From an uncultured bacterium (lineage in GTDB: Bacteria; Desulfobacterota_D; UBA1144; Nemesobacterales; UBA2774), in assembly GCA_963705505.1 (NCBI GenBank), contig CAVPJU010000010.1, positions 64,001-128,000 of the forward strand: 64,000 bases of DNA. Direction: 5' to 3'. Shown in pieces: positions 37,280-46,229 of this stretch; the first letter of the stretch is position 1, and each line of letters opens with the position of its first letter. The notes beneath the pieces were generated by a model that worked only from the letters and a program-made list of their open reading frames with translations, was not told where the DNA came from and did no database searches. The position numbers and the translations under genes are program-made.

Positions 37280-38139
37280 GGAGTCATGGTGATTACGGGG
37301 CAGTGAGACTCCTGTATAACCTTTTCCGAGACGCTGCCTATAAACTCCTTTTTGAACCTGCCTCCGCCGTAAGTCATTATAACAATTAAATCAGCTTTTT
37401 TGTCAAAAGCAAAGTCCACGATTCCGCGCCACCCGTTCACGGCTATGACGGTGTATATTTCGAGGTTGTCTTTCAGCCTGGTCGTGCCCACAGTCTCCTT
37501 TAATTCCCTGTGCGCGAATCCCCTCAACTGCTCGCCCAGCTCGGGCGGGTATTTCTGGTATCCTGTCTCGACGACGTTCACGACTTCGACGCGGGCGCCG
37601 AACGCGACCGCGAGTTGTATCGCGTAATCGAAGCTCCTTCCGAGCCCGTGGGAGAGGTCGACCGGGAGAACTATTTTTTTGATTGTCCCTTTGAATTTAT
37701 CCCCCCTGGCCGTCAGAACCGGGACCCTCGAAGTCCTCAGCACTTTAAGCGCAGTCCCGCCAAGTATAGTCTTCTCAACGGAGCGCCCCCTTCCGAGCGC
37801 TATCAGGTCTGCGTCCTGTTTAGCCGCAAAATTGGTAATGGTCTTCGAAGGGATGCCCTTTACTATATCGTATTCGAAGTTTATCCCCTTCTTCGAGAGG
37901 TCACGTTTGACCTTCTCCATCGTCTCCCTCCTCCCCGTAATGAGGTTGAGGTCTATCCAGTCGCGGAACTTGGCTTTCTCAGTCGGGGGGAAAAGGTTTA
38001 CGACCGTGTAGTATTCGGGGATTACCGAAATGCCGAGAATCTGGGAATTGAATTTAACCGATATCGCCTCGGCGATTTTAAGTGCATGCTCGGAGTCGCT
38101 CGTCCCGTCTGCTCCCCAGACGATCTTATTTATTTTCAA
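37276..38139 (-). CDS. Universal stress protein (tandem domains)
   Basis: KIVWGADG, LGGTALKV, IGSVSEKVIQESHCPV. Confidence 0.92.
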   Translation of the reverse strand: MKINKIVWGADGTSDSEHALKIAEAISVKFNSQILGISVIPEYYTVVNLFPPTEKAKFRDWIDLNLITGRRETMEKVKRDLSKKGINFEYDIVKGIPSKTITNFAAKQDADLIALGRGRSVEKTILGGTALKVLRTSRVPVLTARGDKFKGTIKKIVLPVDLSHGLGRSFDYAIQLAVAFGARVEVVNVVETGYQKYPPELGEQLRGFAHRELKETVGTTRLKDNLEIYTVIAVNGWRGIVDFAFDKKADLIVIMTYGGGRFKKEFIGSVSEKVIQESHCPVITMTP

Positions 38140-38206
38140 GGTGGCCTCCTCGTATTTTTCAGTCGGAGCGGGAGCCGCGCTTATGGCGACCCCGCCCCGG
38201 CGCCTG

Positions 38207-38662
38207 TTACTTTATATCGACCTTGATCTCTTTCGCCTTCGATTCGGCCGCCTTGGGGAGGTGGACTTCAAGTATTCCGTCCTTGAATTCAGCCGATATC
38301 TTGCTCTCCACGACCTTAGCTGGAAGGGTCAACGACCGGGAAAAGCTGCCGTACGACCTCTCGGAATAATAGTAGTCCTCTTCCTTGACCTCCTCTTCCT
38401 TCTTCACTTCCCCCTTGATCGTAAGCGTATTGTCCGATACCGAGATCTTTATGTTCTTCTTGTCTATCCCCGGCACCTCCGCCTTGACAACTATCTCGTC
38501 TGCCTTGTCGAACATATCGACAGCAGGGGAAACCGCCTCGAATTCAGTCATCCATTTAAACCTTGGGAATCTCCTTAAAAACCTCGACGGAAAATTTTCT
38601 TCGAACATATCCTCGAAGAACTTCTCCATACTCTTTGTCGGTTCCCATCTTTTTAGCGCCAT
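38207..38662 (-). CDS. Small heat-shock protein (Hsp20/alpha-crystallin)
   Basis: PAVDM, AEVPG, ERSYGSFSRSLTLP, AEFKDGILEVHLPK. Confidence 0.95.
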   Translation of the reverse strand: MALKRWEPTKSMEKFFEDMFEENFPSRFLRRFPRFKWMTEFEAVSPAVDMFDKADEIVVKAEVPGIDKKNIKISVSDNTLTIKGEVKKEEEVKEEDYYYSERSYGSFSRSLTLPAKVVESKISAEFKDGILEVHLPKAAESKAKEIKVDIK

Positions 38663-38705
38663 GATTCTGCCCTCCTGATAGTTGGATTTATATTAAATAA
38701 TTATA

Positions 38706-38721
38706 ATCAAGTTCCATGCCG
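38706..38721 (-). promoter_or_regulatory. Degenerate sigma54 promoter for the hsp20-USP operon
   Basis: Minus strand CGGCATGGAACTTGAT (GG-N10-GA), 43 bp before the ATG; 17-bp motif copies at 38797-38825. Confidence 0.55.
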
Positions 38722-38965
38722 TAAAAAGAACTATAGAATGTTTAGGGCACAATTGCGCGTATAATTTGAATTACGGCTATAATAATTGATGTCCGTTGTA
38801 TGATAATATGACAGAAATGGCGGCATATACATTCAGCGAGCGCTCCGGGTCATTGTCCCGGAGAGAAGCGAAAAACACCCGGGCGGGCCGCCACAATTTA
38901 TAATCCGGGGAGACTCGTACGGGCCTTGCATATTACGAAAGAATTGTATATTTCCGGGTGAATAA

Positions 38966-40087
38966 ATGAACAGAAAGTACATATTGATCCTCCTCTCCGC
39001 TGCTGTTATAGCCGTCCTCGCTTACCTCTTTCTCGTTAATAACAAGAACGGGCCTGCGGAAAACGCGAAGGTCGAGAAAAAGAGATACATCAAGTCCGTA
39101 TATGCTTCGGGCTACGTGGACAGCGTCAACAAGGTGCAGATAAAGCCCGAGGTGTCGGGGTATATAGATCATATTTACGTCAAGGAAGGGGACAAGGTAA
39201 AAAAGGGCGAGGTAATCGCCACTATTAAAAACGACAAACTGAAAGAGCAGCTCAGGGAAATATCCGCGAAAAGGGAGCTCACCGAGAGCAGAATGAAAGA
39301 AGACTCACCCTTCCTCAAGGCTCTCAAGGACGAAATAGGCATATGGAAGATGAATACGGAGATCGAGAGGAGGAACTTCGAGAGGAGGGAGTCCCTTTTC
39401 AAGAAGGGGATAATTTCGAAGGAATCGTTCGACCAGGCAAAGCAGAGCCTCGAGGTGACCGAAAAGACGTACACAAAATCGCTTGAGAGCTTAAACGACC
39501 AGCTCGCGTCCCTTAAGTCCGAGCTCAACTCCCTCACTGCGTCCGAGCAGGCAGTCGTGCGCGAGATGGAAAAGCACGAGATCAAGTCCCCTGTCGACGG
39601 CGAGATTCTCAGGAAGTTCGCGGAGGAAGGGGATTACGTCAACAGCGTGCTCAAGGAAGATGTCATGTTCTCGATCGGCAACCCCGGAGAGCTTGAGACC
39701 GACCTTCTGGTCGATGAGGAATATATTCCGCTCATAAAACCCGGCCAGAAGGTGCTCATAACGACTGACGCCTACCCGGACAAGGTTTTCGAAGGAAAAA
39801 TCAGGGTCATAGAGAGGGAATCCGACAGGGTCTCCCGGACCGTGAAGGTCAAAGCCGATACCGACTATCCCCCCGACATACCCGTCGGCATAACGGTCGA
39901 GGCCAATATCATAGTGACCGACAGGGACGGGCTATTCATATCCAAAGAAGCCTACAAGGACGGGTATATCGAGGTCGTAAAGGACGGGAAGACGGTCAGG
40001 GTTCCCGTTGAGACCGGCGTCGAAGAAGACAGCTACATAGAAATCAAGGACGGGGTCACTGAGCAGAAGGAGATTCCGACCCGTTGA
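38966..40087 (+). CDS. Efflux periplasmic adaptor (MFP, HlyD/MacA family)
   Basis: N-terminal TM, VKEGDKVKKG, coiled coil, IKSPVDG. Confidence 0.9.
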   Translation: MNRKYILILLSAAVIAVLAYLFLVNNKNGPAENAKVEKKRYIKSVYASGYVDSVNKVQIKPEVSGYIDHIYVKEGDKVKKGEVIATIKNDKLKEQLREISAKRELTESRMKEDSPFLKALKDEIGIWKMNTEIERRNFERRESLFKKGIISKESFDQAKQSLEVTEKTYTKSLESLNDQLASLKSELNSLTASEQAVVREMEKHEIKSPVDGEILRKFAEEGDYVNSVLKEDVMFSIGNPGELETDLLVDEEYIPLIKPGQKVLITTDAYPDKVFEGKIRVIERESDRVSRTVKVKADTDYPPDIPVGITVEANIIVTDRDGLFISKEAYKDGYIEVVKDGKTVRVPVETGVEEDSYIEIKDGVTEQKEIPTR

Positions 40088-41337
40088 GATCCATCCTGTT
40101 CATCGCGTTAAAGCTCCTCACCGAAAGGAAAAGGCAGGCTTTCGTCTCGATTGTCGGCGTTGCCATCGGTGTGGCTGCTTTCATAGCGATGAGCTCCGTT
40201 ATGAACGGCTTCCAGATCTACTTCATAAAGCAGGCGGTCGATATAAACGCCCATATCACTCTCAAGGTCGAGGAATCGGATGATCCCGACAGGATACTAA
40301 AAGAGGCCTACGGCGATAATATCGTTGCAGAGGTGCTCGGCTCCAAACCCAAAGACCTGAAGGATAAGATCACAGGCTACAAGCATTTCATAGACAAATA
40401 CGAAAAGGACGACAGGGTGCTCGGCATAGCGCCCCACCTCACGGGGCAGGCAATAATCAATTACGGCACGAAGGAAAAGAGCGCGACACTTATAGGCATC
40501 GACCCCGTTCTCGAGAGGAACGCGTCTGTCGTGGACAATTACATCGAGTTCGGGAACCTGGACAAGATAGTGACCGACAGGAACAGCATCGTTATAGGGA
40601 AGCTCCTCGCGAGGGACCTCGGTATTAAGGAAACCGGGAAGAAAGTGACCCTCGTTTCGCCGAGCGGAGGCATCTATACGCTAAAGGTCGTCGATTTCTT
40701 TAACTCGGGAATAACCAGCATCGACCAGTCGAGGGTTTATATGAACCTCCGCACCCTGCAGGCGATACTCGATAAACCGAATCAGGTGAACGAGCTCATA
40801 ATCAAGGTAAAGGACGTCGATCAGGCGGAGAGCCTCGCGAGCGAGATGTCGGAGGATACGGGGTATTACGCGGAGAGCTGGCAGAGGGCTTTCAGCAACT
40901 TCCTTCAGATATTTAAAATGCAGAACTGGATAACGTACATGATGGTATTCGCAATCCTTATCGTCTCCGCGTTCGGTATCTTCAACATCATGATGATGAC
41001 CGTGCTCGAGAAAAAGAGAGATATAGCGATCCTGAAGGCGATAGGATACGAGGACGGGGAGATAACGAGGATCTTCGTGTTCCAGGGACTCCTCGTGGGA
41101 CTTATCGGCGCGCTCATCGGGTGTCTCCTCGGGTATCTCATTGAGGTATGGCTCGCGTCGCTAAAGTTCGATCTGGTGGGCATAATCAGGGCGAGCGGGT
41201 TCGTTCTCGACAGGAGGCCGCGTTATTTCGTGCTCGGCTTCATATTCGCGATGATATTCGCGTTCTTCGCCTCATTTTACCCCTCCTGGAGGGCATCCAA
41301 GCTCTTCCCGGTGGACATATTCCGGTCAAGCGTATGA
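40084..41337 (+). CDS. ABC permease, MacB/FtsX/LolE family
   Basis: GVAIGVAA, V.EKKRDIAILKAIG, YPSWRASKL.P. Confidence 0.9.
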   Translation: MRSILFIALKLLTERKRQAFVSIVGVAIGVAAFIAMSSVMNGFQIYFIKQAVDINAHITLKVEESDDPDRILKEAYGDNIVAEVLGSKPKDLKDKITGYKHFIDKYEKDDRVLGIAPHLTGQAIINYGTKEKSATLIGIDPVLERNASVVDNYIEFGNLDKIVTDRNSIVIGKLLARDLGIKETGKKVTLVSPSGGIYTLKVVDFFNSGITSIDQSRVYMNLRTLQAILDKPNQVNELIIKVKDVDQAESLASEMSEDTGYYAESWQRAFSNFLQIFKMQNWITYMMVFAILIVSAFGIFNIMMMTVLEKKRDIAILKAIGYEDGEITRIFVFQGLLVGLIGALIGCLLGYLIEVWLASLKFDLVGIIRASGFVLDRRPRYFVLGFIFAMIFAFFASFYPSWRASKLFPVDIFRSSV

Positions 41338-41996
41338 GCGTAATCCTCGAAGGCAGGGACATAAAGAAGTCCATAGGCGAGAGCGCGATACTGAATGGAA
41401 TATCGATCAGTATCGCGAAAGGGGACTTCGTCAGCATCGTAGGGGCTTCGGGCTCGGGCAAGAGCTCTCTCATGTACATACTGGGGCTCCTGGACGCGCC
41501 GACATCAGGGGATGTCATCATAGACGAAAAAAAGATCGATTTCGGCGACGCCAAGCTGCTCTCGCGAATAAGGAACAGGAAGATAGGGTTCGTGTTCCAG
41601 TTCCATTACCTCATTACCGAGCTCACCGCTTATGAAAACATACTCATACCCATGCTGAAGAACGGCGCAAACGACGGGGGCCTCGCGAAGGAGAAGTGTT
41701 ATAATCTCATCGAGAGCCTCGGGCTCAAGGGCAAAGAGGACAGGAAGCCCTATCAGATGTCGGGCGGGGAGCAGCAGAGGGTGGCGATCGCGAGGGCGCT
41801 CGCGAACGACCCCGAAATAATCATGGCCGACGAGCCCACGGGCAACCTCGACTCCAAGAACTCCGCCGTCGTAATGGACGTGTTCCTGGAGCTAAACGAA
41901 AAGGGGAGGGCTATACTCATGATCACGCACGAAATGCACCTCGCCAAACTGACTAAAAAAATATTGGAAATAAAAGACGGTCTTATGGTGAGCTGA
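41334..41996 (+). CDS. ABC ATP-binding protein, LolD/MacB family
   Basis: ATG 41334 overlapping the permease stop; GASGSGKS, SGGEQQRVAIARAL, ADEPTGNLD. Confidence 0.92.
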   Translation: MSVILEGRDIKKSIGESAILNGISISIAKGDFVSIVGASGSGKSSLMYILGLLDAPTSGDVIIDEKKIDFGDAKLLSRIRNRKIGFVFQFHYLITELTAYENILIPMLKNGANDGGLAKEKCYNLIESLGLKGKEDRKPYQMSGGEQQRVAIARALANDPEIIMADEPTGNLDSKNSAVVMDVFLELNEKGRAILMITHEMHLAKLTKKILEIKDGLMVS

Positions 41997-42022
41997 AGGG
42001 CGAAAGTGCGGAGGGAATTCGT

Positions 42023-43051
42023 TTGAGAGCGATGGTGCTTGAAAAAATAACATCCGTTCACGAAAACACGGAGCCGCTCCGTCTGAAAGACGTACCCGTG
42101 CCTTCCCCCGGCGAGGGCGAGGTGCTGATACACGTCTCTGCGTGCGGGGTGTGCCACACGGAGCTGGACGAGATAGAAGGCAGGACGCCTCCCCCGAAAT
42201 TTCCCGTCATACCCGGGCACCAGGTGGTCGGCACCGTCGAGAAAGCCGGTAAAGGCGTTACTCGCCACAAAGAAGGGGACAGGGTAGGCGTCGCGTGGAT
42301 ATTCTCCTCCTGCGGGAAATGCGGCTACTGCCTCGAAGGGAACGATAACCTCTGTCCCGATTTCATGGCTACCGGAAGGGACAGGGACGGCGGCTATGCG
42401 GAGTATATGATAGCGAAAGAGGACTATGCGTTCCCGATTTCCGGTTCGTTTTCAGACGCTGAAGCTGCGCCCATGCTCTGCGCAGGGGCGATAGGCTACA
42501 GATCACTCAGGCTCACAGGCATTGAGGACGGCCGGAATCTGGGATTAACCGGGTTCGGAGCCTCGGGCCACCTCGTATTGAAAATGGCGCGTTATATGTA
42601 CCCCCGGACGGGGATATATGTTTTCGCGAGGAGCGCGGCCGAAAGGGAGTTCGCGAAGGAGCTGGGCGCTGTATGGGCCGGCGATACCGGGGACCTCCCT
42701 CCCGAAAAGCTCGACGGCATCATAGATACCACGCCCGCCTGGAAGCCTGTAGTCGAGGCGCTTAAGAACCTCAACCCTGAAGGGAGACTCGTCATAAACG
42801 CGATAAGGAAAGAGGACGCAGATAAGGACTATCTGCTCAGGCTCGATTATCCCCTGCACCTCTGGATGGAGAAGGAGATAAAGTCGGTCGCAAATGTGAG
42901 CAGGAGGGACGTCAGCGAGTTCCTCACTCTCGCGGCGGAAGTACCGATAATACCGGAAGTCGAGGAGTACGCGCTCGAAGATGCGAACACTGCGCTTATC
43001 GAATTGAAAGAAGGAAAGATAAAAGGGGCCAAGGTGCTGAGAATGGTATAA
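42023..43051 (+). CDS. Zinc-dependent alcohol dehydrogenase family protein
   Basis: CGVCHT, PGHQVVG, C..C.YC....NLC, GFGASG. Confidence 0.92.
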   Translation: MRAMVLEKITSVHENTEPLRLKDVPVPSPGEGEVLIHVSACGVCHTELDEIEGRTPPPKFPVIPGHQVVGTVEKAGKGVTRHKEGDRVGVAWIFSSCGKCGYCLEGNDNLCPDFMATGRDRDGGYAEYMIAKEDYAFPISGSFSDAEAAPMLCAGAIGYRSLRLTGIEDGRNLGLTGFGASGHLVLKMARYMYPRTGIYVFARSAAEREFAKELGAVWAGDTGDLPPEKLDGIIDTTPAWKPVVEALKNLNPEGRLVINAIRKEDADKDYLLRLDYPLHLWMEKEIKSVANVSRRDVSEFLTLAAEVPIIPEVEEYALEDANTALIELKEGKIKGAKVLRMV

Positions 43052-43056
43052 TAAAC

Positions 43057-44654
43057 GTGATACGACTGTTATACGCTTTTTCATTTATGAATTCGTCAAG
43101 AGAAGAAAGCCGCAATAAGTCCGCATACTTCATTCTGAGCGGTCCTGAGTACCGTGACGATATAATTGCGAAAATCAGGAACGATATTTCTATAAGCCCC
43201 GACAGCTCCCGTGACATCAAACAGGTCTTCTTCGATACCTTCGATCACAGGCTTTATAAGAAGGGGTATCTGCTTACTATGGAAGACGGACACTATGCAC
43301 TCCGGAATTCGGCAAATGAAATGGACCTTTCTTCCCCATGCTCAGGTACCGACGACCGCCCCAGATTCTGGCGGGACTTCCCCGAAGGCCGTTTCAGGGA
43401 GGAGCTCCGCCCCGTGATCGATATAAGGGCGCTCATTCCGATTATAAGCGTGAAGAGCAGTGTGAAAGAGCACCATGTGGTCAACGAAGACGAGAAGACG
43501 GTCGTACACCTGAATTTCGAGGAGATCACAGTCGATATCGAGAGCTATGAGAGTAACCCCGTTTATGTGCTGGAAGCGGCGCCCGTCAGGGGTTATGCGG
43601 ATGAATTCAGCGATATGATACGTTACCTCTCGGACATGGGACTCGAGCGGGAGGAGGGGAATATACTCTCTATCGCGCTCAGAGCGGCGGGCAGAAAGAC
43701 CGGGGATTATTCGTCCAAGGTCACCGTCGCGCTCGATCCCGACATGGGTGCGGCGGCCGCGCTCAAGCTAATATTGACCAGTCTGCTTGAAACGATGAAG
43801 AAGAATGAAGAGGGGATAATCCGGGACATTGATACCGAGTTCCTTCACGACTTCAGAGTAGCGGTCAGAAGGACGCGCTCGGCTCTCACGCTCATAAAAG
43901 GCATATTTCCCGACACGATCAAAGAGAGGTTCAAAACCGATTTCGCAGGTATAGGCAAAAAGTCAAACGAGCTCCGCGATCTCGACATCTATCTCCTGAG
44001 AAAAGAGCAGTACATGGAAATGCTCCCGCCCGGACTCAGGCCCGGTCTCGAGAATCTTTTCGAAATAATACGCCTCGAAAGGGAGGACGCGCACCGTGAA
44101 TTCGTGAGAGAGCTCGAGGTCCGATTCATACAGGCACAGCATCGAGTCCTGGGAAAATTTTCTGAACGAGCCGGTTAACAGCGAAGGCGTCACGGAAGCG
44201 GCGGGCGCGCCTGTAATCGGTCTCGCGAAAAAACGCATTCGCAAAAGGTACAAGCAGGCCGTCAGGCTCGGGAAGGAAATAGACGAGAGCTCGCCCGACG
44301 GGGACCTCCACGCGCTCAGGATAGAATGCAAGAAGCTCAGGTATTATCTCGAATTCTTCGAGTCCCTGTTTCCCGAGAGCGAGGTAAGGGACGTCATAAG
44401 GCACCTCAAGATATTGCAGGACAACCTCGGCGATTTTAACGACCTCCGCGTTCAGCAGGACAGGCTCAGAGGCTATATATCGAAGATGGATTCCTCTGAA
44501 AGAGCAGGTTACAGCATCGCGGCTGCGGGCGGGCTCATATCACGGCTCTACGAGACGGCAGAAGGAGATCAGGTCCGAATTCTCTCAGAGGTTCGAGGAA
44601 TTCTCGGGCAGTGAGATGAAAGAGCTGTTTGAAAAATTGTTTTCCGGCAATTAG
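43057..44654 (+). CDS. CHAD-domain protein with N-terminal CYTH-like region; two apparent +1 frameshifts (about 44118 and 44555)
   Basis: FFDTFD.RL, EFLHDFRVAVRRTRS, LRDLD; the shifted frame continues LHALRIECKKLRYYLEFF and LQDNLGDFND, ending ...EKLFSGN* at 44654. Confidence 0.85.
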
Positions 44655-44666
44655 AGTATTCACTCT

Positions 44667-45437
44667 ATGATTACGATCGCTCTCTACAGCATGAAGGGCG
44701 GAGTCGGCAAGACCGCCGCCGCGGTGAACCTCGCCTACCTCGCCTCCGCATACGGCTTCCGTACACTGTTATGCGACCTCGACCCGCAGGGGGCGTCTTC
44801 TTATTATTTCCGCATCAAGGCGTCCCGGAGCTTCAATTCGAGCAAGTTCATAAAGGGCGGCAGAAACATAGACGAGAATATAAAGGGGACGGATTATCCG
44901 AAGCTCGACCTGCTCCCCTCCAAGCTCTCATTCCGGAACCTCGACCTCACTCTCGACGAGATGAAGAAATCCAAGTCGCGTCTGAAAATGGTTTTTCAGG
45001 AGATCGAGCACGAGTACGATTATCTGTTCCTCGACTGCCCGCCAGGCATATCGCTCGTCTCGGAGAACGTTTTCGTAGCTGCGGAATATATACTCGTTCC
45101 TCTCATACCTACGACTCTCTCCGTCATGACTTACGAGAAGCTGCTGGAATTTTTCAGGAAGAAGGAATACGACATAGGGAAGCTCTACGTCTTCTTCTCG
45201 ATGGTGGAGTCGAAAAAGAGCCTCCATATAGAGATTATGGAGAAGATCGAGTCGGGCGGAGAGAGAATACTCAGGTCACGCATACCGTACCGCTCTGATA
45301 TCGAGAGGATGGGCGTGTATCGCGAGCCGCTTCCCGCATATCTCCCAAAATCCGATTCGGCAGTGTTCTTCATGGACCTATGGGAAGAGGTCAGGAGGAT
45401 AACCGGGACGAGAGAGACTCAGGAGTCCGAGTCTTGA
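44667..45437 (+). CDS. ParA/MinD family ATPase without adjacent parB
   Basis: Deviant Walker A KGGVGKT, DLDPQG, LDCPP. Confidence 0.9.
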   Translation: MITIALYSMKGGVGKTAAAVNLAYLASAYGFRTLLCDLDPQGASSYYFRIKASRSFNSSKFIKGGRNIDENIKGTDYPKLDLLPSKLSFRNLDLTLDEMKKSKSRLKMVFQEIEHEYDYLFLDCPPGISLVSENVFVAAEYILVPLIPTTLSVMTYEKLLEFFRKKEYDIGKLYVFFSMVESKKSLHIEIMEKIESGGERILRSRIPYRSDIERMGVYREPLPAYLPKSDSAVFFMDLWEEVRRITGTRETQESES

Positions 45438-45465
45438 GGGTTCGAAAAATTAAATACGAGCTGAT

Positions 45466-45937
45466 ATGCCGAACGAGATAGAAAGGAAATTCCTTGTGAA
45501 AGAGATGCCCCGGGGGCTCGGGGATTACCTCGCGAGCGAAATAAATCAGGGCTATCTCGCCGTCACCGACGACGACACTGAGATAAGGATTCGTAAAAAG
45601 GGGGATGGGTATTACGAGACGGTGAAGTCGGGGAAGGGGCTCAAGAGAAAGGAAGTAGAGATCGAGATCGGGGAAAAAGTGTTTAACGCCCTCTGGCCGC
45701 TAACGGAGGGCATGAGAGTGGAGAAGACGCGCTATGACATCCCCTACGGCGGGCACGTCGTGGAGCTCGATGTGTATTCAGGCGGTCTCGCCGGCCTCGT
45801 CGTAGCCGAGGTCGAGTTCGCCGACGGTGGAAGAGAGCGGAAAGTTCACCCCTCCCGCGTGGCTCGGCAGGGAGATAACGGACGACATCAGATACAGCAA
45901 CAGACACCTCGCGCTTTACGGCAAACCTGTCGATTAA
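45466..45937 (+). CDS. CYTH-domain protein (triphosphate tunnel enzyme); apparent +1 frameshift near 45823
   Basis: EIERKFLV, I.QGYL, RIRK, VEKTRY, ELDVY, AEVEF; the shifted frame gives the conserved PAWLGREITDD.RYSN..LA. Confidence 0.88.
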
Positions 45938-45997
45938 TAGGTGCAGAATCTGCACACATATACGGTTTCTCCCTTTCCCCTCAGCCTAACCAATCGT

Positions 45998-46140
45998 GTC
46001 ATTGCGAGCGCAGCAATATTAAGAAAAAAGATGAGATCCTGAATCAAGTTCAGGATGACGAAAGAGAGATCGCCACGGCTATAAGACAGCCTCGCGATGA
46101 CAAAAAAAGTTGTCATTCCCGACACCGATCGGGGATCCAG
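45998..46140. repeat. Mosaic of REP-like palindromic elements
   Basis: GTCATTGCGAG...CTCGCGATGAC pair, ATCCTGAA-TCAAG-TTCAGGAT, GTCATTCCCG...CGGGGATCCAG, between convergent genes. Confidence 0.7.
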
Positions 46141-46229
46141 TTTTTTGATCGCAACTGGTAGCCGCTCCTGCAAGGTGTTGGCGAGATATTTTCAGACGCA
46201 GGTCAAAAAACTACCCTCTTTGACTTAAA

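Noticed and set aside
44667..45437. Chromosome or plasmid partition locus
   Set aside because: No parB, parS or rep gene nearby; the neighbours are CHAD and CYTH genes.
45938..46161. C-terminal extension of the CYTH ORF
   Set aside because: Artefact of the frameshift near 45823 reading through REP-like repeats.
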